DNA of 64,000 bases. It comes from Aureliella sp. (lineage in GTDB: Bacteria; Planctomycetota; Planctomycetia; Pirellulales; Pirellulaceae). Positions 18,669-28,095 of the stretch are shown here, piece after piece (within the stretch, counting starts at the first letter, position 1; every line of letters starts with the position of its first letter). The translations under genes were made by a program, and so were the position numbers. The stretch lies in the NCBI GenBank assembly GCA_963691875.1, contig OY829846.1, positions 2,176,001-2,240,000 on the forward strand, read 5' to 3'. The notes under the pieces were generated by a model. The model ran no database searches and was not told where the DNA came from. It was given only the letters and a program-made list of their open reading frames with translations.

Positions 18669-19388
18669 ATGAAACCTATTGTTCAAATATCACTGGATGT
18701 GACAACGATCGAAGAGGCCATTGAGACCTCTCAATTAGCCTTGCGTTGCGGGGTCGATTGGCTGGAAGCTGGGACGCCGTTGATTCTGGCGGAGGGCTTA
18801 CGAGCGGTCCGCGAGTTGCGAGCTCACTTTCCTGAGACTCCGATTGTCGCAGATCTAAAAACCATGGACGGTGGCTACTTAGAAGCCGAGATGATGGCGA
18901 AGGCAGGCGCGAACTACGTGGTTGTCATGGCTCGCGCACACGAGGAGACGATCAAGGTCGTATGTCAAGCTGGAAAAGACTATGGCGTCGGAGTCATGGG
19001 CGACAACCTGGGCGCGCCAAGCATGGTGGACAGCGCCAAGTTGCTTGAGGACCTTGGTTGCGACGTGATCATCCATCATATTGGATTCGATGAGCGGCGC
19101 GGCATCGCGGCTCGCGGAGAAGTTGCTCCGACGCCGCTGGATGAGCTGCAGGAAATCGTAGCTACAGTGGAAGTACCTGTTCAGGCAGTCGGTGGGCTGA
19201 GTATTGAACAAGCGATTGAAACACCTGCACTCGGTGCACCGCTGGTCGTGATTGGAGCTCCACTGGCGATCAATCCGGATCGCTTTGAGCAAGCCGGCGG
19301 AAATCTCGAGGCAGTTTTGAAACAGATCTGCGACCAAATTCATGGCTTTGGTGACGTTCCCGTTCGCAGAAAGCTGCCGCAGTTCTGA
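18669..19388 (+). CDS. 3-hexulose-6-phosphate synthase-like protein (OMPDC/HUMPS family)
   Basis: QISLD, WLEAGTPLI..EG, IVADLKTMDGGYLEA, HIGFD, AVGG. Confidence 0.8.
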   Translation: MKPIVQISLDVTTIEEAIETSQLALRCGVDWLEAGTPLILAEGLRAVRELRAHFPETPIVADLKTMDGGYLEAEMMAKAGANYVVVMARAHEETIKVVCQAGKDYGVGVMGDNLGAPSMVDSAKLLEDLGCDVIIHHIGFDERRGIAARGEVAPTPLDELQEIVATVEVPVQAVGGLSIEQAIETPALGAPLVVIGAPLAINPDRFEQAGGNLEAVLKQICDQIHGFGDVPVRRKLPQF

Positions 19389-19401
19389 GGCGAGCTCGAC
19401 C

Positions 19402-19456
19402 GAAGTGGATTTCGCCAGAAATCCCACATACAAGGAAGTCTGGCGAATCCCACTAC
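19402..19456. repeat. REP doublet (REPIN-like), GTAG type
   Basis: GAAGTGGATTTCGCCAGAAATCC and an inverted copy whose reverse complement is GTAGTGGGATTCGCCAGACTTCC. Confidence 0.6.
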
Positions 19457-19459
19457 GCC

Positions 19460-20530
19460 GTGTTTTGCGATTTGTCTGAGAGATTCGAATTGAGCGCCGA
19501 CGCCAAACATCACTTTGAATCGCAGCTGCGTGAGCAGTGGGAAGGAACGGGGTTCTCAGGCGCTCGAGCACTTGTCGCCGTCAGCGGAGGAGCCGATAGT
19601 GTTGCTTTGCTTCGAGCCCTTCTGGAGATCGTTGGCGACCGCACGTTGATTTCCGTTGCCCACTTCAATCACGGTTGGCGCGGAGAAGAAAGCGATGCTG
19701 ACGAGCGTTTTGTCCAAGAGCTCTGTGAGACTCAAAAGGTGCAGTGTCGAGTGGGAAGTGTCCGGGAGGATACAGTCAGACCTTCGAATCGAAGTGAGGA
19801 GGCGGCGAGAGAGCGGCGCTATACGTTCCTTCAGCAGACTGCCTATGCCGTCGGCGCTCGCAGTATCGTCACGGCACACACGCAGTCAGATCGCGTCGAA
19901 ACAGTTTTGCACCATCTCTTTCGCGGAACCGGCATCGCAGGCTTGCGTGGTTTTGAGAAAACTCGCCCCATCGGTGCTGAACTTATATTAGTGCGACCAC
20001 TCCGAGGACTAACGCGAAACGATGTTATTCGCTACTTGGAAGCCATCGGTCAGACCTACCACGAAGACAGTTCGAATTCGGATCAACGCTACAAACGCAA
20101 CTTTTTGCGTCATGAGTTACTGCCGATAATTCGGGAGAGGTACGGCGGCAGCCTTGATAGCAACATCGCGAGATTGGCGGACATCACGTGTGAACTCGAC
20201 GAGCTACTTGGACAGCTGGCGAAAGAGTATTGGAATCAGGTTGAGCAATTGAGCTCAGCGTCGGATGAAAGTTCGATTCGATTTCCTGACTCTTCGAAGC
20301 TCTCCGTAGCTTGGCCTGTCTTGCAGAAGGCTCTTGTCGAGCGTTGGAAGGAGCTCCATTGGCCAACAGGAAAAATGAATGCAGAGCACTGGAATACGAT
20401 ACGCCATCTGCACGCGGGTGCGGGAACAGCGGCCTCAGAAGAGACATATCAGTGCAACTTGCCACACAATCTGCTGATCAGCTCGAAAGATGGTTGGCTA
20501 GAAGTAAAGCCCGCCAGTAACTCGAGTTGA
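19460..20530 (+). CDS. tilS: tRNA(Ile)-lysidine synthetase
   Basis: VAVSGGADS, AHFNHGWRG, EEAARERRY, TAHTQSD, VRPL, DSSN, RNFLR; start uncertain. Confidence 0.93.
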   Translation: MFCDLSERFELSADAKHHFESQLREQWEGTGFSGARALVAVSGGADSVALLRALLEIVGDRTLISVAHFNHGWRGEESDADERFVQELCETQKVQCRVGSVREDTVRPSNRSEEAARERRYTFLQQTAYAVGARSIVTAHTQSDRVETVLHHLFRGTGIAGLRGFEKTRPIGAELILVRPLRGLTRNDVIRYLEAIGQTYHEDSSNSDQRYKRNFLRHELLPIIRERYGGSLDSNIARLADITCELDELLGQLAKEYWNQVEQLSSASDESSIRFPDSSKLSVAWPVLQKALVERWKELHWPTGKMNAEHWNTIRHLHAGAGTAASEETYQCNLPHNLLISSKDGWLEVKPASNSS

Positions 20531-20548
20531 GGCGAAAAAACGGATTCT

Positions 20549-20818
20549 CTACGAGCTTTCCGCGGACGCGCAGTGCAGCAAAGTGCGAAGCGTGTCGGAC
20601 ATAGAGTCGTCTACTTGGTAGAGCTCATTGCTTCGAAGCGCTTGCACCACGTTCTCAAGCTGTTCTTGTGCCGAAAGGGACAAATCGACGAATAGAACCC
20701 AACGTTCGCCCAAGCGACAAAGTCCTCCGCCTTGCTCATTAAGCCACTCTTGGCGAACTTGGAGGCCCGAGTTCATGGCGAGCCGCAAGGCTTCTTCTAA
20801 CAGATCCACAGAGTGCAT
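20549..20818 (-). CDS. Small hypothetical protein
   Basis: 89-aa ORF with AG-rich leader; VRQEWL..QGGGLCRL..WVLFVDL looks like a folded domain. Confidence 0.65.
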   Translation of the reverse strand: MHSVDLLEEALRLAMNSGLQVRQEWLNEQGGGLCRLGERWVLFVDLSLSAQEQLENVVQALRSNELYQVDDSMSDTLRTLLHCASAESS

Positions 20819-21165
20819 TCTCTCGTTCTTCCGTCCTGATTGTCGATTCGAATCTACCGATAAAGCCGCAAGATGCGTGGCAGAACGCCAAACAGACTTG
20901 TTCAGCCCTTACATCTCGCCAAATTGAATCATCGTTGCTTGGGTTTATATAGCGTTGCCTCACCGGAGAGCCTTGCTTGGCTCTAGCGATTGGCTTAGCA
21001 TTGACTTGATAAAAGGGGCTCTTCTCCGCAGGTAGAACTGCGTAACTGTCAATTTATCTGCCAGCTGAGAATAAATCCTAGTTAGAACAATCAACACCCC
21101 GACTCAACAGGAAAACGCTTGACTCGGCGCCAGAAACGGCCAGCGAGTTGACGGAAAGGCTTCGA

Positions 21166-21534
21166 ATGAGCGACAAAAAACGCATCACAGTTGTCAATAT
21201 TGGCGATCTGGCCACCGTGCGTTTCAATGACACGAAAATCGTCGACAGCGCGAATATCGAGGAAATGGGGGAAGAACTATCTTCGCTGGTGGAAAGCGAC
21301 AAGATCACCCAGATCCTGTTGATCTTTGATGGCGTGGAGTTTCTCTCTTCCGCCGCTTTGAACAAGTTGATCCTGATCGAGCGTAAAGTCAAAGAGGCTG
21401 GTGGAAACCTTCGTCTATGTGCTTTGCGTGAGGAAATTAAGGAAGTATTCACCATCACACGTCTAGATCGCATCTTTGACATTCGCGATTCTGAAAGTGA
21501 TGGTCTAAAAGCATTTGGTGTGCCACCACAGTAG
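21166..21534 (+). CDS. STAS-domain anti-sigma-factor antagonist
   Basis: FDGVEFLSSAALNKLI, LRLCAL, EVFTITRLDRIF. Confidence 0.9.
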   Translation: MSDKKRITVVNIGDLATVRFNDTKIVDSANIEEMGEELSSLVESDKITQILLIFDGVEFLSSAALNKLILIERKVKEAGGNLRLCALREEIKEVFTITRLDRIFDIRDSESDGLKAFGVPPQ

Positions 21535-21571
21535 GCCCTAGTACGCAAGCTTTCAAAAAGGAGGCGAAGTC

Positions 21572-21994
21572 TTGGGCGAGAATCAATGGACTTGGAAACT
21601 AGCGAAAACGATTCCAAGTTCCACCGATGTTGGACACGAGGTTATCGAACAGCTTCTGACTGCGTTGACAGAAGCAGCCTGGGAAGGATCTGATCTCTTC
21701 CATGTGCAGATGGCTGCCGAGGAGGCAATGGTCAATGCTGTCACACATGGAAATAAAAAATCGGTAGATAAATCCGTTGAGATAGAGTTCCGTGTGTCGC
21801 CTGAGTGCGTGGAACTGCGGTTTCGCGATGAGGGCGAAGGATTCTCGCCAGACGAACTTCCGGATCCCACCGACGACGAACATTTAGCGGATGTCCACGG
21901 CCGAGGCGTGTTTCTGATCCGACGGATGATGACTGAAGTCACGTACAACGATCGTGGAAATGAAGTCACCATGGTGAAGAGAAAGAGTAGTTAG
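21572..21994 (+). CDS. RsbW-like anti-sigma factor / Ser kinase (HATPase_c)
   Basis: EEAMVNAVTHGN, DEGEGF, GRGVFLI; GGAGG RBS upstream. Confidence 0.9.
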   Translation: MGENQWTWKLAKTIPSSTDVGHEVIEQLLTALTEAAWEGSDLFHVQMAAEEAMVNAVTHGNKKSVDKSVEIEFRVSPECVELRFRDEGEGFSPDELPDPTDDEHLADVHGRGVFLIRRMMTEVTYNDRGNEVTMVKRKSS

Positions 21995-22028
21995 CGACAG
22001 CTGTTTGCGATTAGCTTTTTTGTGTCAG

Positions 22029-24809
22029 CTACAAGTATTTGCCTGTTAGGCTTTCGTGAGACTTTGAGATCTCACTGGGTGGTCCCGCAGCGATGATTTT
22101 TCCGCCTTGCTCGCCACCTTCTGGACCAAGGTCAATCAACCAATCGCAGCATCGGATTAGATCTAAGTTGTGCTCGATCACAATGACGGTATTTCCCTTT
22201 GCTACCAACCCGTCCAGTACATTGACCAGTCTCTGTACGTCGGCAAAGTGCAAGCCCGTCGTAGGTTCATCCAGAAAGTAAATGGTTCTCCCGGTATCCG
22301 GCTTCGATAGTTCCGCCGCCAGTTTGATGCGTTGAGCCTCGCCGCCACTGAGCGTGGAGGAACTTTGCCCGAGTGCCAAGTAGCCAAGACCAACCATCTC
22401 CAAGCAATGAAGAAGACGGTGGATTTTGCTGAAGTTTACGAAGAACTCCGCCGCCTCACGCACGTTCATTGCTAAAACATCCGCGATCGTTTTTTCTTTG
22501 TACCGTACGGCAAGTGTTTGTCGGTTGTACCGACTGCCACCGCAAGCGGCACAGCCGACGTAGAGATCAGGTAAGAACTGCATCTCGATCTTTTCTTGCC
22601 CTTGGCCCTGGCACTGCGAGCATCTTCCTGCACCTGCATTAAAGCTGAATCGACTTGAGGAATAGCCGCGTTGCTTGGCATCGCGTGTCCCGGCCCATAC
22701 TTTGCGAATGAGATCGAAAACGCCGCAATAGGTGGCTGGCGTGCTTCGCGGAGATCGTCCAATGGGTGTCTGCGTGACCTCGATGAGCTTATCTATCTGC
22801 CCCGCACCAGAGAGCTTCCGAAACTGCCCAAATGGGCGCGAGGCTTGGCCTATCTGATCGAGCAAGGCTGGAACTAGAGTGTGGGAGAACAATGAGCTTT
22901 TGCCACTCCCGGAGACGCCCGTTACACCGATCAGCATCCCCAGAGGTACTTGCAGGTTCACGTTCTTCAAGTTGTGCAGGCTGGCTCCGTCCAGCTTGAG
23001 CCAACGTGACTTGGCGGACGGTTTCCTGATTTCCGACTCGCGCTTGACGCGCCGATCTGCTCTTAGGTATTCAGCCGTCAGAGAGTCTTTCTTGTTGATG
23101 ACTCGCTTGGGAGTGTCAGCCACAACGACCTCACCACCATCCGTTCCCGCTCCAGGTCCAACGTCGACCAATAGATCTGCCTCACGCATCATGGCTTCAT
23201 CGTGCTCGACCACCACCACCGTATTGCCCTGCTGCTGTAGATCGCGGAGCGATTCAATCAAGCGGTCGTTGTCGCGTTGGTGCAACCCGATCGAGGGTTC
23301 ATCGAGAATGTAAGACACCCCCACCAAGCCGCTACCAATGCTCGTCGCAAGTCGAACTCGCTGCAGTTCCCCACCGCTCAGAGTGTCACCGTGTCGGGCC
23401 AAGGTCAGATAGCCAACGCCGACTTTGTTTAAAAACTTCAGACGATGCAGCATCTCGTTCAAAATGGGTGTTGCAATCTCGTTTTGATGCCCGCCAAGTT
23501 TCAGTTCAGAAAACCAAGCCAAGCTTGAAGCGAGACTCATTGAGCAAATTTCGAAGATGTTTTTCCCTTCGATAGTTACTGCGAGAGCCTCAGGACGAAG
23601 GCGAGCTCCCTGGCAAACCGTGCAGGGAAGTTCTTGCATCAAAACTGCAAACAGTTCCCACAGCTCATCTGAAACATCCTCTAGCATTGCCTCAAGCGCT
23701 GGGTGCAAGCCACGTTGTTTCTTAGTTCCGTGTAGCAGTTGTTCGCGTTGCTTGGTGGTCAGCTTTTCTAACGTCTGATTTGGCTCCAAGTCAAACTTAG
23801 AGAGCACCGACGCAATTTCGCTCTTCGTTTTCTTCTTCCACTTCGCAGGCAAGTCATTCAGCCATCCAAAGGCGCCTTTCTCCAGGCTGCCACTCCAATC
23901 CTGAACCAGCCGCTGCGCTGAGACTTGTTCCTGTAGTCCAATTCCTTCGCAATCGGGGCAGGCACCGTAAGGACTATTGAAACTGAAAGTCCGAGGCTCA
24001 ATTTCCTCGATGCTCACATCGCAATTCGCGCAAGCGTAGCGGGTACTAAAGAGTCGGTCTTCCCACTCGGAATCTTCTTGCTCAGAAGGGATCGCCAAGC
24101 TGACGGTCACCAAGCCTGAGGAGAGTTTCAAGGCCAAGGAAAGGGCAGCTTCTATTCGTTCCGCCGAGTCCTCACGCACGATAATGCGATCGACAACGGC
24201 CTCGATCGTATGATTTTGGCGAGTCGGCAGAGCTGGTACTTCATCGACCTCGTAGGTTTCGCCATCAACGCGAACTCGTACTAAGCCTGCCTTGCGAATC
24301 TCTTCAAGCTTGTCCCGATGGCTTCCTCGGCGTCCTCGTACGACTGGTGCCATAACAACCAACTTGGTTCGATGGGGCAATGACAACAGCTCACGCAAAA
24401 TACGGTCGGGAGACTGCTGGTTGATTGGAGAACCACAACTCGGGCAGCTTGGTGTGCCGACTCGTGCCATCAACAGACGCAAGTAGTCATAAATCTCGGT
24501 GATAGTGGCGACGGTGGAACGGCGGTTCGAACTGGCGACTTTTTGGTCGATGCATAGCGTAGGTTGCAGCCCCTCGATAACCTCGACATCCGGACGCTGC
24601 AATTGATTCAGGAATTGGCGCGCGTAGGTAGAGAGACTTTCAATGTACTGCCTTTGCCCCTCGGCGTAGAGCGTATCAATGGCAAGTGAGCTTTTGCCGC
24701 TACCGCTGACTCCAGTTATTACAGTCAGTTTATTGTGCGGGATCTTAAGGTCGACACCTCGCAGATTGTGCGTTTTCGCATTTACGATACTTATGCAAGA
24801 AGTCGTCAA
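22029..24809 (-). CDS. uvrA: Excinuclease ABC subunit A
   Basis: Two GVSGSGKSS P-loops, EGQRQYIESLS, zinc-finger Cys pairs, LSGGE twice, FSFN motifs. Confidence 0.97.
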   Translation of the reverse strand: MTTSCISIVNAKTHNLRGVDLKIPHNKLTVITGVSGSGKSSLAIDTLYAEGQRQYIESLSTYARQFLNQLQRPDVEVIEGLQPTLCIDQKVASSNRRSTVATITEIYDYLRLLMARVGTPSCPSCGSPINQQSPDRILRELLSLPHRTKLVVMAPVVRGRRGSHRDKLEEIRKAGLVRVRVDGETYEVDEVPALPTRQNHTIEAVVDRIIVREDSAERIEAALSLALKLSSGLVTVSLAIPSEQEDSEWEDRLFSTRYACANCDVSIEEIEPRTFSFNSPYGACPDCEGIGLQEQVSAQRLVQDWSGSLEKGAFGWLNDLPAKWKKKTKSEIASVLSKFDLEPNQTLEKLTTKQREQLLHGTKKQRGLHPALEAMLEDVSDELWELFAVLMQELPCTVCQGARLRPEALAVTIEGKNIFEICSMSLASSLAWFSELKLGGHQNEIATPILNEMLHRLKFLNKVGVGYLTLARHGDTLSGGELQRVRLATSIGSGLVGVSYILDEPSIGLHQRDNDRLIESLRDLQQQGNTVVVVEHDEAMMREADLLVDVGPGAGTDGGEVVVADTPKRVINKKDSLTAEYLRADRRVKRESEIRKPSAKSRWLKLDGASLHNLKNVNLQVPLGMLIGVTGVSGSGKSSLFSHTLVPALLDQIGQASRPFGQFRKLSGAGQIDKLIEVTQTPIGRSPRSTPATYCGVFDLIRKVWAGTRDAKQRGYSSSRFSFNAGAGRCSQCQGQGQEKIEMQFLPDLYVGCAACGGSRYNRQTLAVRYKEKTIADVLAMNVREAAEFFVNFSKIHRLLHCLEMVGLGYLALGQSSSTLSGGEAQRIKLAAELSKPDTGRTIYFLDEPTTGLHFADVQRLVNVLDGLVAKGNTVIVIEHNLDLIRCCDWLIDLGPEGGEQGGKIIAAGPPSEISKSHESLTGKYL

Positions 24810-25108
24810 ACCAGCGGCCTCGGGTGTTGGAATTAGCTAGGGAGCGAAATCAAGTGGAGGAATTGCTCTAGGGATTCAATTTTCTGTCGCCTTCGCACTT
24901 TCGCCAAGCGGGTATGCTCAATCGCCCCATAACTCACGTCGGTTTAGAGCGAGGGGGTTTTTTTCCCACTCATCTATCGCCAAACACGCGAAACTATCCC
25001 AGGTTTGAATGAGCAGAGACACACTGAGCGTCAAACTGGAAGCGTCTTGCTGGGTCTGAACCGCAGCCAATAACCAGTCTGCGATCTCTGCATGAGAGGA
25101 GTCACGAT

Positions 25109-25864
25109 TTGTCAACTGCAGCCCAACTGAATGCCCCCAGCCGTCAACACCGCTATGTCGTGGATGGCCCGGGTATAAAAGTTACAGCCATGCACACCTT
25201 GGGAGACCGAGGAAGCTTTGATGTCAAGCTAAAGGATATCTCCGACTATGGCGTAAAAATTGAGTGCAGCGAGCCTGTCCGATTCTCAGAGCATTTGAAG
25301 CTATTCATTCGCACTGAAGACCTTGAGCTCGATTTGGCCGTTGATGGCGAAGTCCGCTGGATCCGGGCCACAGCACACGGGACATGGGTTATCGGTTGCT
25401 ACATCGCACAAGCATTGCCCGAGGAGAGCCTACACAAACTGGGCCGGGCAGAATTGATGAACCGTCGCCGCGAAGAACGCACACCGGTTCAGTTTGCAGC
25501 AAAATGCGTCAAGCCTGGAACGTCTCGCGAAATCTCGGTTACGCTACAAGACGTGAGCGACAATGGATTTCGGTTCCAGTGTGGCGAGGACTTTCATCCG
25601 GGTGAGCCGGTTAGGCTACACGTCGGAAAAAGCGAGGTCATCGCGTTTTCCAAATGGGTTTTGCAAAGTGAAGATTCGACCGTGACTACAGTGGGATGTG
25701 CTGTGACTCCCCAGTCAGCCTCACGCTATCTCGATCTAGTCGAGACATATATCCTTCCAACCCAAGTTCAATCGAAGTCTCGAAGCCCACTGGTATTTGG
25801 CTTATTACTACTTGGAACGCTGGCAGCTTCGGCTCTCGTCTTGATTGCTTTGCTAAGCCAGTAA
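25109..25864 (+). CDS. Tandem PilZ-domain protein with C-terminal membrane anchor
   Basis: RQHR...DISDYG and RRREER...DVSDNG (RxxxR, DxSxxG); hydrophobic C-terminus. Confidence 0.75.
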   Translation: MSTAAQLNAPSRQHRYVVDGPGIKVTAMHTLGDRGSFDVKLKDISDYGVKIECSEPVRFSEHLKLFIRTEDLELDLAVDGEVRWIRATAHGTWVIGCYIAQALPEESLHKLGRAELMNRRREERTPVQFAAKCVKPGTSREISVTLQDVSDNGFRFQCGEDFHPGEPVRLHVGKSEVIAFSKWVLQSEDSTVTTVGCAVTPQSASRYLDLVETYILPTQVQSKSRSPLVFGLLLLGTLAASALVLIALLSQ

Positions 25865-25960
25865 TTCGATATTGCTGTTCGCATACTTCGCTGGACCCAA
25901 GATCGATCGCGACTTCACTGTTCGCAGATCGACTTTCTAAAAGCTGCACAGTGAAAACCG

Positions 25961-27979
25961 CTAGGGCCTTGGTGTGAATTGGCTTGGGTCGAAGTTCAAT
26001 CCACCCGGGACACCGGCAGGGGCGGCCGGCTGCGAGGCTTCCTTTTTCTTAAATAAGACGTCTCTCGTGATCTTGAGTTTTTCATAGACACTGTCACTGA
26101 CAATGTAATACCACTCCGAGAAGCGGGCGTTTAGCTCAGAAGCCTTTTTACGTGCGTCGTCAATTCGCTCATTGCGGTCGTCCATAAGACGCTGGTTCTC
26201 CTTCGCGATTTCCTCACGCATGACTTCAAGTCGTTCAAGAAGTTCTTCCTCGGTTTCCTTCGGCTCTTCCTGCGATTGATCGGCGGAAGGTTTTGCCTCG
26301 CCCCCTTGATCAGCAGGCTCGCTTTCGGCTTTAGCCTTCGGCTCGGAACTGTCGGGCTCCTGTGGCTTGGCGGCGGGTTCTGCCGACTTTGCTCCTCCTT
26401 CCTGAGCAGCCTCTCCGCTAGCGTCTCCTTCTTGGGGATCGATCCCACAGGTGTCGGGCGATTCCGGTTCTCCAGATGGTTCTTCCGTCTTCGCTGTTTC
26501 CTCTGTGGACTCGCTGGATGATTCCTCGTTAGAGCCTTCCGCCTCAGATTCCGCAGCTTCCTTTGTCTCGGCTGACGCCGCCTCAACGTTCTGTGCTTTG
26601 CCTGAAGGATCCGTTTTCGGTGAAGGTGGTCTTTCCTCGGCAGCGTTGTCATCCCCTTCAGGCTTCGGAGTCTCTGACTTGGGCTCTTCCGCGGGAAGTG
26701 CGTCTTTGGGGTCGAGCTCAGGTAGGTCTGTAGGTTGCACTGGCAGTGCAAGTTCAGGTCGGATTGGTTCGCCGCGCTCAAGACGCAACATTTCCTCCAC
26801 AGTCTCTGGCAGAGGTGCTTGCTCGGGAAGTGGGAATTGCGACTCGTCAACCGTCGCTGTTACTAGCAAATAACGTTGAATCGCATCTTCACCCTTAAGC
26901 AACGCGAATGCGTTTCCGAATCGAAGCTCATAGTCGACTCCATCCGTTGTCCCGATGGTGATGTCACCACTGGCGGAGAACATCTCGGGTGTTCCACGCA
27001 TTGTAGTTGGGTAGAAACCTTGGCTCTGCAAACTAGCAAGACTCTCTTTATCATTCAGCAGCATATCGGAAGCCTTGAGATTGGCCGCGAGTCCATCCGG
27101 CTTGCGACGAACGTCGATAATTTCGAGATCCTGCACAGCTAGCTTCAGGTTGTTCAAGAATTCGGTATCCAGCTCCTCGTCTGGCCCGACCTTGCCTTCC
27201 ACCGGCTGATTATTTTCGTAGCTAACTAACTTGGCGAGCTCCCAGTTGTTCTGAGAATTGCGAACCTCGGCGTCAAATTTCAGCTCCAAAATGGTACTAA
27301 GCCCTCGTGTTTCGAGCGTGTAATCACGGACACTGACTTTGTTGATGTCCAGGCCACGAATTCCAAGAAGCTTTTTCTCAATCCAATCACCGAATTCACT
27401 GGAGAACGCCTCCACACCTATCTCTACGACATAGACAACATCTTCCGTGGGAACTCGGGCGTAGCGGAGCCCCTCTCGATCCTCAACCTCCTTGCCAATG
27501 ATCAGGCTCGCTAGGATTTCATCCGCTTTGTCTTTGAACTCAACTAACATGCCGACGCCGCTGGCCCCAACCGCCAAGTTCTCATCGGCGGGGTTTGCAA
27601 CGCCGTAAAGTTCGTGCTCGCTAGCCGACTCGGTAGCAACGTTATCAACCTTGATGCCAATCATCGGACTAGTAGCTTCCTGCAGCTGCTCGGTTGCATC
27701 TGCGGGATATCCACCCGAGCTCGGAAGCGTCCACAAGCCTGAGCTTGCATCACGAGCAACTTCGAAGCGATCTAGCTGAGCGAGTGTCTCATCATATTTG
27801 ACAATCTGTAGCGAATTCGCTTTCGCGGGATCGGTAAAGGAAGGAAAGAGCTCCTCCCCCACGCGTTCCAGACTGGCATCCTTCTCGCTCAACACGACAT
27901 CCGGACGGGTAAACCACGCTAGGCCCAAAGCCACAGCGGCAACTCCGATAAAGATTAGAGTCGTTCTACCTTCATTCAC
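25961..27979 (-). CDS. DUF4340-family membrane-anchored protein with long acidic insert
   Basis: N-terminal TM helix, GYPAD, HELYGV, LIIGK, YARVP..D.VY; lies downstream of the Gld-like permease. Confidence 0.75.
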   Translation of the reverse strand: MNEGRTTLIFIGVAAVALGLAWFTRPDVVLSEKDASLERVGEELFPSFTDPAKANSLQIVKYDETLAQLDRFEVARDASSGLWTLPSSGGYPADATEQLQEATSPMIGIKVDNVATESASEHELYGVANPADENLAVGASGVGMLVEFKDKADEILASLIIGKEVEDREGLRYARVPTEDVVYVVEIGVEAFSSEFGDWIEKKLLGIRGLDINKVSVRDYTLETRGLSTILELKFDAEVRNSQNNWELAKLVSYENNQPVEGKVGPDEELDTEFLNNLKLAVQDLEIIDVRRKPDGLAANLKASDMLLNDKESLASLQSQGFYPTTMRGTPEMFSASGDITIGTTDGVDYELRFGNAFALLKGEDAIQRYLLVTATVDESQFPLPEQAPLPETVEEMLRLERGEPIRPELALPVQPTDLPELDPKDALPAEEPKSETPKPEGDDNAAEERPPSPKTDPSGKAQNVEAASAETKEAAESEAEGSNEESSSESTEETAKTEEPSGEPESPDTCGIDPQEGDASGEAAQEGGAKSAEPAAKPQEPDSSEPKAKAESEPADQGGEAKPSADQSQEEPKETEEELLERLEVMREEIAKENQRLMDDRNERIDDARKKASELNARFSEWYYIVSDSVYEKLKITRDVLFKKKEASQPAAPAGVPGGLNFDPSQFTPRP

Positions 27980-28095
27980 AATACAACTCCTAGAGTTCCG
28001 ATTCGAAGCCGATGGGCTTCGAGCAAAAGATTCTTAGCTTACTTGTTTGGGATTTGACCGCTTCGCAAATGCTTTACGATTGCATGAGGAATTGC

